Shown: positions 13,900 to 27,300, counted from the first letter of the stretch. The stretch: DNA of 64,000 nt from Eledone cirrhosa (GCA_964016885.1 OZ024742.1:279000001-279064000), one strand, 5' to 3'. A program made the numbers and translations. The notes: generated by a model from the sequence alone, not told the origin.

Positions 13900-14075
13900 A
13901 AGGGCAATGACCGATACCACGTGAGTCCAGTGAAGCAGCCAGCTCCTCGTTTATGGAGGTGAGTGAACTGGAGGAACTTGGAATAAAGGGATTTGCTCAA
14001 GGACCCAACATACTGTTCTCTGGAAATCGATCTTACAGCCTTCTGTGAAATGATCTCACACTGACTTTCCCTTAC
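13900..14075 (-). mobile_element. Diverged SINE fragment of a second family
   Basis: gagtgaactggag...ttgctcaaggacccaaca resembles the reverse complement of a common tRNA-SINE body (recalled, not searched). Confidence 0.5.
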
Positions 14076-14924
14076 AGCAATGTTAAACCTAAAAAACAAT
14101 GCTAATTATCTAAATTAGTCTGTTGATTAATTCGTGTGAGCTTTATACGTACCGGAGGAAAATCTGAAGTAGAGGTCTGAGTAGTGAGGAAACTTTGTAG
14201 AAATTACCGTTTATGCAAGAAACAATAAATTAAATGTTCAACATGGGTCCTGTTTCCTGGTGTATTTTTATCTTCTGATCTTTTTTTTTCTCATTTCCCC
14301 GTTCCTTCTTCTCATCACGCTTTAATTTCAATATATTTTATATTTGTAGCTCTATTGTCTGGTAAAGGATTATTTTCTGAAATTTTAAGACTCTTTTCCT
14401 GCTATTTCAAGCGTTAAACTAATGTATTTCTTCAATGTACTGTGGCGTTTCTATTGATATTTTTGCTATTTCTGTTTACCCTTTTTACATACACACAAAC
14501 ACGCACGCCACCATACATCGCCCCCCCCCCCCACACATATATATATATATAAATATATACATATATTATATATATGCATACATATATATACACAAACATA
14601 TTCACACGCCTACGCACACACTCACACACACTCATACACACCATCACACACACACACACACTCAATCACACACGCGCGCGCACACACACACACACATACA
14701 CACACACACACATACATATATATATATGCAGATATATATAATCTTCTAAGAAAAAGATTTATTCTTCAAACTAACTCTTTAGTCCCAGGATTAAGACGGC
14801 TGTTAAGAAATCTTCTTGGAGATAAGTACAACGCCAAGAGTTCACTCTATCTAAATTCCCCAAACATACATCCTCACCAATATCACCATCAACACCACTA
14901 ACAGCATTCTCTCGAATAACACCT

Positions 14925-14997
14925 CCATCACCATCACCACCACCTCCATCACCATCACCATCACCACCGTCACCAACATCATCTTCATCACCATCAC

Positions 14998-15042
<45 letters not shown>

Positions 15043-15238
15043 CTTCGTCATCTCCTTCGTCGTCATCATCATCGTCACCAGTATTCTTAACACCACTAAA
15101 CAGCATTACTACCAACACCTCCATCACAATCACCAGCACCACCAACATCATCTTCATAACCACCTCCATCATAATCACCACCAGCACCACCAACATCATC
15201 TTCATAACCACCTCCATCATAATCACAACCATCACCAA

Positions 15239-15299
<61 letters not shown>

Positions 15300-15335
15300 G
15301 TCGTCGTCGTCGTCGTCGTCGTCATCATCATCAAC
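14925..15335. repeat. (CAT)n/(CAC)n/(CGT)n trinucleotide microsatellite
   Basis: Directly visible. Confidence 0.93.
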
Positions 15336-16128
15336 ACCAACATCGTAAGCGAAATCAACAAGATGAATAGCAGATATAACAAAACGAACACACCACCAAT
15401 ACTGCGATCACCATCTCCACCAACCATACCGCTAATATTAATTCCATCACAAGAGAATAGAACAAACAGTAACAATCGTATTATCCTCATGACCACCACC
15501 ACTAGTGTCCCTCCCGAGCCACCATCTACACTACTACCATTCCTACAACGCTCATCTCTACCTTCATCATCACAACCAACACCATGAACTACCATCACAA
15601 CCACTACTGCCACACTTATCATCGCTACTTGCATCTAGAGCAAGACGTTTCTGAACACCACCACTAACAACCTCAACTATCTCTATCACTAATAACAGCG
15701 CCATCTCTGCAACAATAGCATACACACACAATCAACACGTCCACTACTACAACTAAAAAGCTGTCGTTCAACCTGCAATATCTTGCAAACAAATCCTTCT
15801 CAAATACTATACTATCCTGTACAAAAATCTTTAGATTTACTCGAGATACTGATACTAAATATCATATAAGAAAAAATGGAGACAGAATGGTCACGGCTAG
15901 AATATCGGCCGATCGATGAATAGTGTACTTAGTGAGAAAACGGTTGTGTTTAAGAGCCTGCAAGAAGCAATGAACTGAAATATTTAGTCAATATATTATC
16001 ATATAAGTGGTTGAGTCTTCCGCAGACGTATGTAATCGTAATCTAATTCTCAGATGCGTGATTCAATCTGTGCTCTAGAATTATATTACAATATGTTTAA
16101 TAGGTTTCAACCCAGTAACCCTCTAACA

Positions 16129-16314
16129 CACGCATGTCAAACTGGGGTGCGCCGAGGCCCACATGGGTTATATATGTGTTGTCTAGGGGCCACATACGAC
16201 AACTAATTGCGCACATTACAACTAATTTTACGAAGATAAAACATGTTCGTGCTGTAAAAACATTCGTGCAGGCCGCAGGTGTGCTTGTAAAGGGCTGCAT
16301 ATTTGACCTGCCTG
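16129..16314. mobile_element. hAT (Charlie-like) MITE, 186 bp
   Basis: TIRs cacgcatgtcaaa / tttgacctgcctg with an imperfect 8-bp TSD ctctaaca / ctctaccc. Confidence 0.65.
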
Positions 16315-16862
16315 CTCTACCCGATTTCACTCACAAAGACTACATCAACACGAAGCATCACATACACAGCCTTCTACAATTATACAGAAAGCTCCACAAG
16401 TACTCCCAGTGTAGTTATACAACATAGAAACAATTGTCCTAAACCAACAACAACAGGGGTGGAGCCATAAAACACACGCAAAAATATATAGATTCCATAG
16501 ACAATGATGTAAAAAAATGCTAGGAGCTACTTACCACATCTCCTCAACATCAATAAAACTCACAGATGGTATAGTAAAGAAATTAAACTACCTAAATACA
16601 TACTTAGAGCAATGGATGGCAGATACAACATTTGAGAAAGAGAAAGAAAAATAACAGTATACGATATCATCACACTATAGTTACACCACATCAAAACAAC
16701 ACTAGAATAAAGTACAACCTCACCCCAACCACATTCCACCACTCAGTACCACAATCGAAGTACAGCCACATCATAAAGAGAACCCACCAAAACCCATCTA
16801 CATCACACAAAAATGACATCCCACTATATCAAAGTACACATCACAAACACAACAGTATAACA

Positions 16863-17305
16863 TAAGAATTTGTAGAATAGGCACAAGGCCAGTAATTTGG
16901 GTGGAGGGGAAAGGCGATTAAATCGACCCCAGTACGTTACTGGTGCTTTATTTTATCGACCCCGTAACGATGAAAGGCAAAGTTAACCTTGGTGGGATTT
17001 GAACTCAGACCATAAATGACCGTAGCTGTATGCTGCAAAGCATGGTGTCCAACTCTCTACCAATACTGCCAATCTACCACCCTAACAACAGTATAACATA
17101 ATGGTTTTTTATATAGGCACAAGGCCAGCAATGCTGGGGGAGGGGAAAGGCGATTAAATTGACCCCAGTACGTTACTGGTGCTTTATTTTATCGACACCG
17201 TAAGGATGAACGGCAAACTTAACCTCGACGGGATTTGAACTTAGATCATAAATGGCTGCAAAGCATGGCCTCCGACTCTCTATCGATACTGCCAATCCAC
17301 CGCCT
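16863..17305 (-). mobile_element. Two tandem tRNA-derived SINE copies
   Basis: Reverse complement of the SINE consensus occurs twice (~16863-17082 and ~17100-17305). Confidence 0.9.
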
Positions 17306-18135
17306 TTACATTAGTATAAAGTAATACAACCATATAGTACCACATTACATTACTTTACCCTCAAGCTATAACTACATAACTTCACATCCCAGGAATCATA
17401 TTCCTTCGATGTTTCTACAATTTACTTCAATTGTCCCTCTATACTCTGGTGATATATCTATTTTACTATTTTACTCTGTAGTTCTCTTTATCCCTATCTT
17501 TCTTTTCATTCTTCATTTTGACCTCCATGCTTCTCAGCTTCCCTGTCTCTTAGATTATCGCAGCTTCTCTTGTGTTTCATCTTCTCCTCTTCTCAACATT
17601 TTCCCACATATATTTTCTCCCTAGCCTCTTCCACTACCTCTTCCTACTCGTCCATTTCATATCTCAGCATCTCTCCCTCCTCAATTTTCCTTCTCATCGT
17701 TTCTCCCTGGTATTCTTTTCCTCTTACCCTTAGTATTCCTTCTTTCTGCCTATTCTCTTCCTCATCTATCCCTTCTCCTTTCACCAACTTCTCCCACTGC
17801 TCCTCCATCACATCGACATTCCAGTTCTCAGTTCTCTACCACACACCATTTTCTTCCCCTACTCCTATCAATTAAGGAGGTTTTCCAGTTTGAAGTGATC
17901 ATCAAACCGCCTCTCAACATACTCATCACCATTTTATATGTTCTAGCTTGCAGTGTGGTTTTGTGCTTTTTTTTCTTCTCTCAACAAACAGATTAATATG
18001 ACCAAAAGAGATTAACGGACTCTAATCCGAAAATGTCTTTATTGAACCAAACAACAACAACAACCCTGCAATGGCTTATACATACAGCTCACTGAAATTT
18101 CGTTGATATGCAGACATTATCATCATCGACAATAT

Positions 18136-18174
<39 letters not shown>

Positions 18175-18175
18175 A

Positions 18176-18262
<87 letters not shown>
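18136..18262. repeat. (TAC)n microsatellite
   Basis: Directly visible. Confidence 0.95.
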
Positions 18263-18699
18263 GTTGCTGCAGCTGCTACCTCTGCTACAAAACAATAAGA
18301 ACATCTGTAACAAGTAAATTAAATAGAAAACAACAGCAATAACAGCGAGAAAACTGAATAATACAGAGAACAAAGGCGACAACAACAAAAACAACAACAA
18401 CAGTTTTATCAGAACACCACCATCAACAACAACAGTCTTTCCACTGCAGCACACCAACAGCATTAATACCAACAAAAGTGACAGCAATGGTATCAGCAAC
18501 GACGCCCTTACCACTAACATCAATCGCTATCATGACAAATAGTATCAACAACTCCACCAACGTTATCAACGAGAGCAGTAAGAATACGACAAACAGAATA
18601 AAAATAACAACGAAACCAACAATATCTCAAATATCCAGAGCATCACCACCAGCAAAACCGCCAACACCAATATCACTAATAACGCAACTATATATGTGT

Positions 18700-20110
18700 G
18701 TGAGAGAGGCTCCCAAATGACTGCACCCGAGGCATTATCCTCCCCTTCTGGAAACGGAAGGTCGACAAACTCGCCTGCAGCAACCACAGGGGCATTTCAC
18801 TTCTCTCTATACTAAACAAGATCTTCACCAAGATCCTCCTTAACCGTGCTCTTTCCGCCATTCGAAGCGGACGTCGCCCAGAAGCCGGATTCATACATAA
18901 CCTATCCACCGCCGACTACACGGCTACTCTCCGCCTCATTATCGAAAGATCGCAGGGGTTCCGTAGAGATCACTGCCACTACATCGCCTTCGTCGACCGC
19001 AAAGCGACTTTCGACACGGTTGACCGCACATCGCTCTGGAAAATTTTTCGGCTTAAGGCGAGTTTCCCAAGATTACTACCCTGTTCCAATGGTTTTATAG
19101 CAGCGCTGAGAGCTGCGTACTGCTGAACTGGAAGGAATACAACTGGTTCCCCATCAAAAGTGAGGTCAGACAGGGTTGCTTGTTTGTCCCAAGCTCTTCA
19201 ACTGTGCCATCGACTGTCTGATGACCAACGTATGTGAGCGGGTTCCTGGTGTTACCTTTGGGAATTACCACCTAACTGACCTGCAGTAATCAGACGATTC
19301 CACCCTATTCAGCAACTCGATCAATCAGCTCAGACACGCACTGACCATATACCGGGAGGTATCAGCCAAGCTTAGCCTTCAGGTAAGCTGGGCGAAGACG
19401 AAGCTGGTGCATGTCGGTAATTGCCCGGATCTTCCCCGGCTTCATATTGGGCATGATGACGTGGTGTTTATGAGCTCCTTCATTTAACTGGGCTCAACTG
19501 TCACCAACAATGGAGACCTGACACCGGAGATCAACCGCAGATGTAGACTGGCTGCCGGTTCATGCCTTCCGTATGGAGGTCCATTCAATCTCCCAGTAGA
19601 CGAAACTCCATTTTTACAACGGATCTATCCTCTCTGTACCCCCTTTTGGAGTAGACACGTGCCCCTCACAAAGACCCAGGAAAAGAGGATAGGCAGCTTC
19701 ATTAGCAGAGTGCTGCTGACCAGTAAAAATATCAAATGGCACCACCACGTTTCCCAAAGGTTTTTCATACTCGCACGCAACGGACCACAGCTTACAACCC
19801 CATAGCTATACGCCGCGGGCGCTGGTACGGAGATGTCCACCATTTTGTACTATATCATCCTACCAAATCCTTACTCTCGTTTGACGCGGCGGCTGTAGGA
19901 TGGAAGAGACCACGCTGTAAGCTTCGCAGCAGATGACTGGATGTCATCAGGGAAGATCTTCAGAGACTCGATATAGGATACAGTAAGGCTGGCACGGGCC
20001 CACCATCAAAGGCAGGCGTTGGTGGACCTGGTCGGCTCTACGCGCGATCATTCTTCTGGGATCTCTGGCTTAGGATGACACCGGCCTCGAAGAAGAGTAA
20101 GAAGAAGAAG
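18700..20110 (+). mobile_element. 5'-truncated RTE-clade LINE, degraded RT
   Basis: Peptides CSNHRGISLLSILNKIF, VRQGCL, HLTDLQ*SDD (YADD region) and WKRPR; ends in a (GAA)n tail. Confidence 0.85.
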
Positions 20111-20607
20111 CACTACCACTTTTACCAACGCAGTCAACAATACGAATTACACCAACACTAACACCGCCATTAATTTTAACAACCAACAACACCATAGCCA
20201 ACAAGCCACTACTACAAATATCAATATCACTACCATCGCAAGCAACAATAACAATAACAACATCAACAAAATCAGCAGAAACAACAACATTAACAATACT
20301 ATCCCGACTGCCGCTACTAAGACAGCACCGAATTAAGATATATTCTTCTGGAATTAAGATTTATTCTTCGAATAAAAGATTATATCGAAGTGTTTAGTTC
20401 GTAGTAATAGCTTCGAGTGATTATGGTATTGAAAGCATTGATGACTGTGTTGTTGGTGCTACTATATTAGTGTTGGTGGCAGTAGAAATAAAGAAGGTAG
20501 TGGTAGGGATAATGGTAGCGCTGATGGTCCTGGTGGTTTTGGCAGCAATAGTGTTAATGTTAGTAATGTCAAGTAGAACAAGGTCTTCGACCAATATTGA
20601 TATTATA

Positions 20608-20646
20608 ATCTTCTGACGAAGGGCTTTAGACCCGAAATATTAGGAT
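20608..20646 (+). ncRNA. Minimal type I hammerhead ribozyme motif
   Basis: atctt-CTGACGA-a-ggg/ccc-GAAA-TAT-T-aggat. Stem I atctt/aggat; palindromic ATAT stem III. Confidence 0.65.
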
Positions 20647-20923
20647 AAGTATAAGAAATAATATGCAACATACCAACAGCTTTGTTGCTCTAAATTTATT
20701 CCAAAACTTTCTGTTAATTTTGAGATTACAGCATTATATTCTAAGACGATACTCAATGCATACTACAACACCCTCATATATATACGTTTAAATTTGGTGG
20801 TTTACCACTACGTAGAATTGGTCATGCAATGTTAACCTTGACTTAATATGGTAATAGCACTCGACGTTATGCAACTCACCCATCCTTGATGTTGAATCAT
20901 GTGGTGGTTCGGGAACGGAGTCA

Positions 20924-21255
20924 AATATATTATGAAGTAAAATGACAGGAGGCCAAATAGGTCACAGAGATGACTACCATAAAAAGCAACATGTTGCTAC
21001 GATCGTTTCTGGGTCAAAAACATAAACACACTTTTTTTCTTCTATCTTTTTTTGTTATTTTTTTTGCATTTTCCTTAAAGCCTTTTGGCATGTGGTTACC
21101 ATCATTCCGTGGGTATACAACTATTATGCAATTTACACCTGAAGATATCACCGGGTTCTTACGCAACCTGGTGAAATTTGCATAGAGCTGGCAGAAATAA
21201 ATAATTAAGGTAATTCAACCTATTTGGCCTCCTCTCATTTTACATTATAATATAT
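20924..21255 (+). mobile_element. Short HHR-bearing element with a ~40-bp inverted terminal arm; a second copy lies at ~46050-46285 (-)
   Basis: Arms gtaaaatgacaggaggccaaataggt / acctatttggcctcctctcattttac. HHR cac-CTGAAGA-accgggtt/aacctggt-GAAA at 21136-21187. Homologous CTGATGA motif at 46092-46147 (-). Confidence 0.65.
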
Positions 21256-21470
21256 ATATATATAGTATTAGTTATACTATTTATGGTTATGTAAATGCAA
21301 AACCTTATGCAGTTATAAGTACTTTTTATACACACCCTAAATAGTGGTAGGCAGTAATGTATTACTACCTTATTACCAGTAAGTTAAGTAGCTCAATGTA
21401 AAAACATCAGATGATTTACAGAGCAGTTATATGAAATATAAGAATCAAAGAACTGTTCAAAACATTATTG

Positions 21471-21517
21471 TGCTTACAGCTGTTTCCTCCAAACCGAGGT
21501 TTGGTTTCTTCGGAGCA
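21471..21517 (-). ncRNA. HHR-like motif in the PLE pLTR (U4C core variant); mirrored copy at 25422-25468 (+)
   Basis: tgct-CCGAAGA-ccaaac/gtttgg-GAAAC-AGCT-GTA-agca. Palindromic stem III ACAGCTGT. Confidence 0.65.
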
Positions 21518-22959
21518 ATTTATTAATGCATGGACAGTTATATGACCTCCTTTTCAGCCAAGAGACATACCGATACATATGAAAATATTGTGGGTCAACA
21601 TTCATTAAAGAATTTAGAGTGGCAGTACACACTTCGAGATTACATTCATATTAAGGGGTACAATCAAAAATCAAAAATACAGGTTAAAATACAACATGAA
21701 GATAAGCGGTTATATAGTGCAAATGTTATATGTGTGGCAAGCATGTGCGTCTTGTTTATATAGTGTGGCAGAGAGGTATGTGTGGTAGAGGCACTTAGGT
21801 AGGTAAACAAGAGTGTTAGGTTGGTAGATCTGGTGGCAAATTCTTTATATGATTGATATAGTCTGTGTGTGGAGAAATGTTATAAGCATTAAAAATAGTG
21901 CAAGCATTAAAAGTGTTAAAAGTATTGGAGATGCACAGCGAAGGGATGTCAAGTATTTCATGTACTTCGACATTTTCATGGTCAGGGGAGTGTATTTTTC
22001 GATTATATGCCACTCACATAATCCACGACAATTCGATATTGAGCGTTTGACAATCCAGTTAGAGAATCGTAGTCTGATGTTCTTTAGTTCAATACAGGAG
22101 GCTGTTATGTTTCGAGAAACGACATTGAATACCACCCGGAAGTGTGTGTGTGGCTAAGGGGAGTTAATGTATGCGGGGAGGTAACTCCGGGGTTTCTATA
22201 CCTAGCTATTAAAATGTGTCACAATATAGACCCTAATTTCTATGGTGATGCGCCTCCTCCAAAAACTTTATAAAGTGTATTAACTATAGAGTAGTTTAAT
22301 TAAGTTATGCTGAAGGTGTTCATATTATTATGGTGGATTAGCCCCCATCGTAAGTTGCCACAAATGGATATTATAGATGATGAGCGAGGATTCTAAATTA
22401 ATGATCTCTGTGGTTGTAGTCTACTCATAGGACCAGGCGCGATGATTGCAGGATTGCTTCAGGACCCAATGATCTCTGGTAAGTTCTGGGTCATCGCTTG
22501 CTACATTGGATGTCGAAAGATAATCATCTCCAGCCCGGCCAGAGGTCAATCCGCAGTCCTCACGACCCCTCTCTGACCGCCAGATCATCCATATATGTAC
22601 AACCCGCACGCCAGTTGCAATGCATTCATTCTCTGCGCTCAGCATCCTGGTCCTACTGCTCAACAGCGTTACTAGATTAAATCGTTTTTCATCTGTCTAA
22701 GGAAGGTGCTTCCTCCGCACAACACTATCAAACCGATCAATTCATGCTTAAATTACCTATAGAGCGGTGTAGTGCAGTTCAAGTGGGTGGATGTTGTCAC
22801 ACCTGACGTAGAGGTATAAATGGGTATTCTCTCTGCGAAGGGTTCCAGAGGGATGTCGTTGTTTGTGTTATATTAGATCAGTTAGTGTTGGGTATGTAGT
22901 ATAAGGTGTGCCTCTGGTGTTTGATGCTAGATGTGGTGTTTGGTTCCAGTCCGACATTA

Positions 22960-24765
22960 CTATATATTGGGCTTAAAGTTTTGGAAGGAATGTCTGAAGC
23001 GGTGCTGGCAAGTCGCAAACACCTCAGATTTTTTGTTAAGTAGGTTACGATTGGAGAAGATAATATTGTGTGTCTCTAGTATACAGAGGTTACACAATTT
23101 ATTAGGTTGTTTGTACGAGGTCACGCTGCCTATCACTTCCCATTTGAGTGTGTATGGTTTATTTTTAGTTTTTAGATAGTGTATGTAGCTAGAAAGTGAG
23201 GTGGAGTTGGCTAGGCTGTGCTTTTTGAACGAGTGGATGTGCGAATTATATCTGATTTTGAAGCAGTTAGAAGTGGAGCCTACATAGGTTTCTGAAGAGT
23301 TGCTAGTCGTGACGGTGCATGAGTATATGATATCCTTGGTTAGGCATTTTTTATCTAAAGGGCAGGTTCTATTAGCTCTACAGTTACAATTATCCTGTGC
23401 GTTAGTCTGCTGGTTATAATGCAGTGCGGAAGTCTGTGTGGTAGCTATAGGATTTTGGGCGTTCGGGTTGTCAACCCTGGTGTTATTACTTATACTAGTG
23501 TTATTTCTATTGTTACTACCGTTGCTATGGTTGCTTGCTACAGAGGTATTTAGAGGGTTTGCATCCTGTTGTGATTTTGTTTGTTGGAAGTAAGAATTAA
23601 TTTTACTATTATTGCTGCTAGCTATGTGGTATGCTAAGTTAGGCGTCGTAGAGTATGAGATTTTAATGGTGTTTTTGTTTAAGAGGTTGTGGTACTTGTG
23701 TCCTAGAGGGAAGTTTTTATCTAGTAGTGAGAAGAAAGCCCTAGGTATGTTGGTGGAGACATTTAGGTTGAAAGGAGGGTTGAAAAATGTATTATTTCTT
23801 CTTCTATTTTTGCTTTTAGTGTTTGGTGTGTTGCTTCTTCCTAAGGCATCACAGTAGTTTCCATGGTAATGGTTACTTCCGGTGGCACCCTCCGCTTTGG
23901 TGTGCTTGTGGTTGCTATTCCTATTATTAGGTTTCCTCATGGACATGTTGTGCGAGATGATGTTGTAGCTATGTGTTTTCTTAGGTAGGAACTCAATTTC
24001 TATATTATGGCCGGAGCTAGCTAATGCTTGAGTGTAATATTGTGAGTTTTTGCTAAATATGTTTGCGTCATAGGACAGACTAGAGATTCTATTGGACACC
24101 CCCTTAGAGATAGAGTTTAATATTGATCTAGGGTGATTAGACTTGGTATCTACATAAATAAGTTTCTCGTTAGGCTTATGGAAAGGTGTGTATATTTTTG
24201 AGTCTAGGTATAGTGTGACGTCTAGGAAGTTAACACTTTTAGTGTTTTTGTCCATGGTGATACTAAGGTTAAAGTTTTTGAATGTCTTATGCAATTGTTT
24301 TCTAGTTCTTTCTATATTAAATATTTTATATTGTATAAGTAGAAGTGCATCATCGCGATACAAACCACCGTTGAGGTAAGGGAGGTCCTTATGGATTTCA
24401 TTGAGAAGGTATAGGCCGACCAAATCAGTGACCTGCGCCGAGCCACTAGATCCCATGGTTATGTCGAAGTTGTTGTGCGTATCCTTGCGTGTCCATAGTT
24501 GGTCCTCGAAGGTGATTATGGTTTTACGGGCCGCAAGGATGACATCAACCTGGGCTCTAGTCAGGTCGCTATTGCTCATGGCCATGATAAGTGCCTTATT
24601 TAATAGGATAGGGGAAATAGAGGTGTAGTATGAATTGATATCAAATTGAATAAATTTTTTGTCCTTATTATTCTTGATATCCTTGAACCATTCAATCACT
24701 TCACCCGTATTTCCCCATTGTTTAAGGTGTATCTTGTGTTTAATTTGTGGGATGATTTTATCCAA
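22960..24765 (-). CDS. PLE polyprotein (RT, Cys-rich linker, GIY-YIG endonuclease); 601-aa open frame that continues upstream to ~25200 through frameshifts
   Basis: QFDINSYY, MGSSGSAQ, LYRDD, FLDV, CNCRANRTCPLDKKC, IIY...YVGST...RYNSH, CNLC. Upstream SLKDHKENF and HADKTNNIY lie beyond the annotated start, with a frameshift near 24875. Confidence 0.9.
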   Translation of the reverse strand: MDKIIPQIKHKIHLKQWGNTGEVIEWFKDIKNNKDKKFIQFDINSYYTSISPILLNKALIMAMSNSDLTRAQVDVILAARKTIITFEDQLWTRKDTHNNFDITMGSSGSAQVTDLVGLYLLNEIHKDLPYLNGGLYRDDALLLIQYKIFNIERTRKQLHKTFKNFNLSITMDKNTKSVNFLDVTLYLDSKIYTPFHKPNEKLIYVDTKSNHPRSILNSISKGVSNRISSLSYDANIFSKNSQYYTQALASSGHNIEIEFLPKKTHSYNIISHNMSMRKPNNRNSNHKHTKAEGATGSNHYHGNYCDALGRSNTPNTKSKNRRRNNTFFNPPFNLNVSTNIPRAFFSLLDKNFPLGHKYHNLLNKNTIKISYSTTPNLAYHIASSNNSKINSYFQQTKSQQDANPLNTSVASNHSNGSNNRNNTSISNNTRVDNPNAQNPIATTQTSALHYNQQTNAQDNCNCRANRTCPLDKKCLTKDIIYSCTVTTSNSSETYVGSTSNCFKIRYNSHIHSFKKHSLANSTSLSSYIHYLKTKNKPYTLKWEVIGSVTSYKQPNKLCNLCILETHNIIFSNRNLLNKKSEVFATCQHRFRHSFQNFKPNI

Positions 24766-25517
24766 AATCTTCTTGCTGATAATACCAATGTCGGACTTGG
24801 AAGGGAAGATAAGTCTTATCGTGGGGTTGCTGATGAAGTTCTCCTTATGGTCCTTCAGAGAAAATCTAGGGGGTTTGGGGTGAATGGTTGTGTATGCCTC
24901 TGCAGTCCTAGTTTAGACACTATATTATAACCCTCTACATTAATATCTTCTAAGTTTTTCAAGGTGTTTTTTTTTGTAGCTTTTATGTAGTTCATTATAT
25001 ATAAACTTTCTATAAGTATTATAATCTAGGCTGTATATGTTATTAGTTTTATCTGCGTGTACAATAATGTTATTACTAGTTTTGAATCCATTAATAGAGG
25101 TGTTAAGTTTGTTTAAGAAGGTGTTGCTTCTAATATGGTGCTTATTGTATTTAATGTTCTTAACTAGTTTAACTAGGTCATTTTCAAAGGAGTTAAGTAG
25201 TGTGTTATGAGGGGGGCTTTTGCAATATATAACCTCTTATCTTCATGTATTTTAACCTGTATTTTTGATTTTTGATTGTACCCCTTAATATGAATGTAAT
25301 CTCGAAGTGTGTACTGCCACTCTAAATTCTGTAATGAATGTTGACCCACAATATTTGTACATGTATCGGTATGTCTCTTGGCTGAAAAGGAGGTCATATA
25401 ACTGTCCATGCATTAATAAATTGCTCCGGAGAATCCAAACCTCGGTTTGGAGGAAACAGCTGTAAGCACAATAATGTTTTGAACAGTTCTTTGATTCTTA
25501 TATTTCATATATTTCAT

Positions 25518-25563
<46 letters not shown>

Positions 25564-26256
25564 TTGTGTGTTCAAGCCTTCGCAGGCGTCGCTATTCACA
25601 ACTATTATATATATTGATCGACTAATATTATGATCATTTCCTTTGGCACACACACATTTCAAATTTTCACAATGCTTCTTAAGTGAACGCAAATCTGGCT
25701 GATTAGTGGATCTGTTAATATGCAGATCTGACTGATCAGCCAGTCTGCTAATATGCAAGTCAGGCGGATCAGTCACTGTGCATTTTTGAAAATAGCATAT
25801 ATTTTCACTAGCTCTGACAGTTTTGCAGGTGAACAGTGAGCTGTACTGATGAAGGGTGATACCCAGAAACATTAGTGTCTGCAGTTCTGTTCGCATGCCA
25901 ACACAAGAGCAAGAATGAAGTGTTCATTCTACTGACATGGCTATAAAATTGAGGTTTGTTTGCATAATTGCAAAAGAATCGAATGTTATTAATATTCGAA
26001 AAACTCAGATTACATTTATATATATATAACATTGTATATATATATATATAAACGGAAAAAATGAAACGAAATTTCATTTCCCACTCTTAGTACGGCTGTT
26101 ACTTAAATATAAGTATGTACACGTACATACATATATGTATACAGACGTACAGTAGTATGTATATATATATATATACATACATGCACACATATATATATAC
26201 GTATGGATTTACCGAACATTTATTATAATGCCCGGTGTGTTATATACATATATATG

Positions 26257-26316
<60 letters not shown>

Positions 26317-26379
26317 CATAATGAGAGAGTAATGCACTTTCAACTCTTAGACGTAATATTTAGGTTAGGATCCGGTCTA

Positions 26380-27300
26380 TACAAACTATTTCATAAAACC
26401 GTCGGACATCTGATGGAATAATAGGTTGCCTTAGCAATACACAGTTTAAAGCTGGAGGAGTCCACCCCACTTTAGGCCAGAACATAGCAGATTTCTCCCA
26501 GAAATCTTGAAATCTAGAACTATGGGGATAGATAGAAGTCCGCTGTAGACTTAATATCTGGTTTAATCCTCTATATTGGGTACACTTTGTTTCGAATGAA
26601 CGAAAGGTTTACTTTAATATATTGGGGAAAAGAACTAAGTTAATCATAAATATTAAAAGCTAACATATTGAATTACTACTAAACTCTCTTACTCCGGTAA
26701 ATGAAACATAGCAAACATTTTAGCTCTTAACAATAATTTGGATAGTAATAGTTACTTATTTACTGTTGATAAACTACCGAATACTTTAATTAAACATAAT
26801 AATACTTAAAAATGATGTGTCCACTAATTATACCAGACTAATAGTAATTGTGAATATAATGTTAATATATCTTATATCACTATTATAGTTAATACTAAAT
26901 ATAATTTTAGAGTACGTAGTAGATGCCCACCTGAAGGTAATTGTCTAATAAATACGGTTATCTATCAGTGTAATGCTACCGGAAACAAAATTAATCATTA
27001 TTATATTGGAGCCACTTCCTACCGATATAAGGCACGTTTTTATTCGGATTTACATACATTTAAGAACAAAGAAATAAAAGCTTCTAATTCTCTTCAAGAT
27101 TCATTTGAGATTTACGTAAATCTAATACGGGATACTTAATTAAATGGTCCATTATTAACTTTGCAAAAGAAGGCAATACTAATTGAGGATTATGTTTAAC
27201 TATTTTAAATCACTAAATCACTAAATAGAAGGAACAAATTATGTTTTGGCAACTTCAAGCACCTTATTCGAATTTTGCCACTACATAGCTTATATTCTCC
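26380..27300 (+). pseudogene. Degraded PLE fragment including GIY-YIG
   Basis: CPPEGNCLINTVIYQC...HYYIGATSYRYKARFY at ~26925-27060. The 5' extent is uncertain. Confidence 0.7.

Larger units (their letters stand above)
21263..25510 (-). mobile_element. Neptune-type Penelope-like retroelement with a 3' pLTR plus tail and an inverted pLTR at the truncated 5' end
   Basis: RT plus GIY-YIG ORF; ~295-bp inverted repeats at 21428-21723 and 25218-25510; ~165-bp unpaired tail at 21263-21427; (TA)n on both flanks. Confidence 0.92.

Noticed and set aside
14771-15634. 287-aa Met/Asp-rich ORF
   Set aside because: It arises from (CAT)n repeats that lack stops on the minus strand; no domain content.
21428-25510. 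DNA transposon interpretation of the 295-bp inverted repeats
   Set aside because: The enclosed ORF is RT plus GIY-YIG, the arms carry HHR motifs, and one side has an unpaired tail, which fits a PLE with an inverted pLTR.
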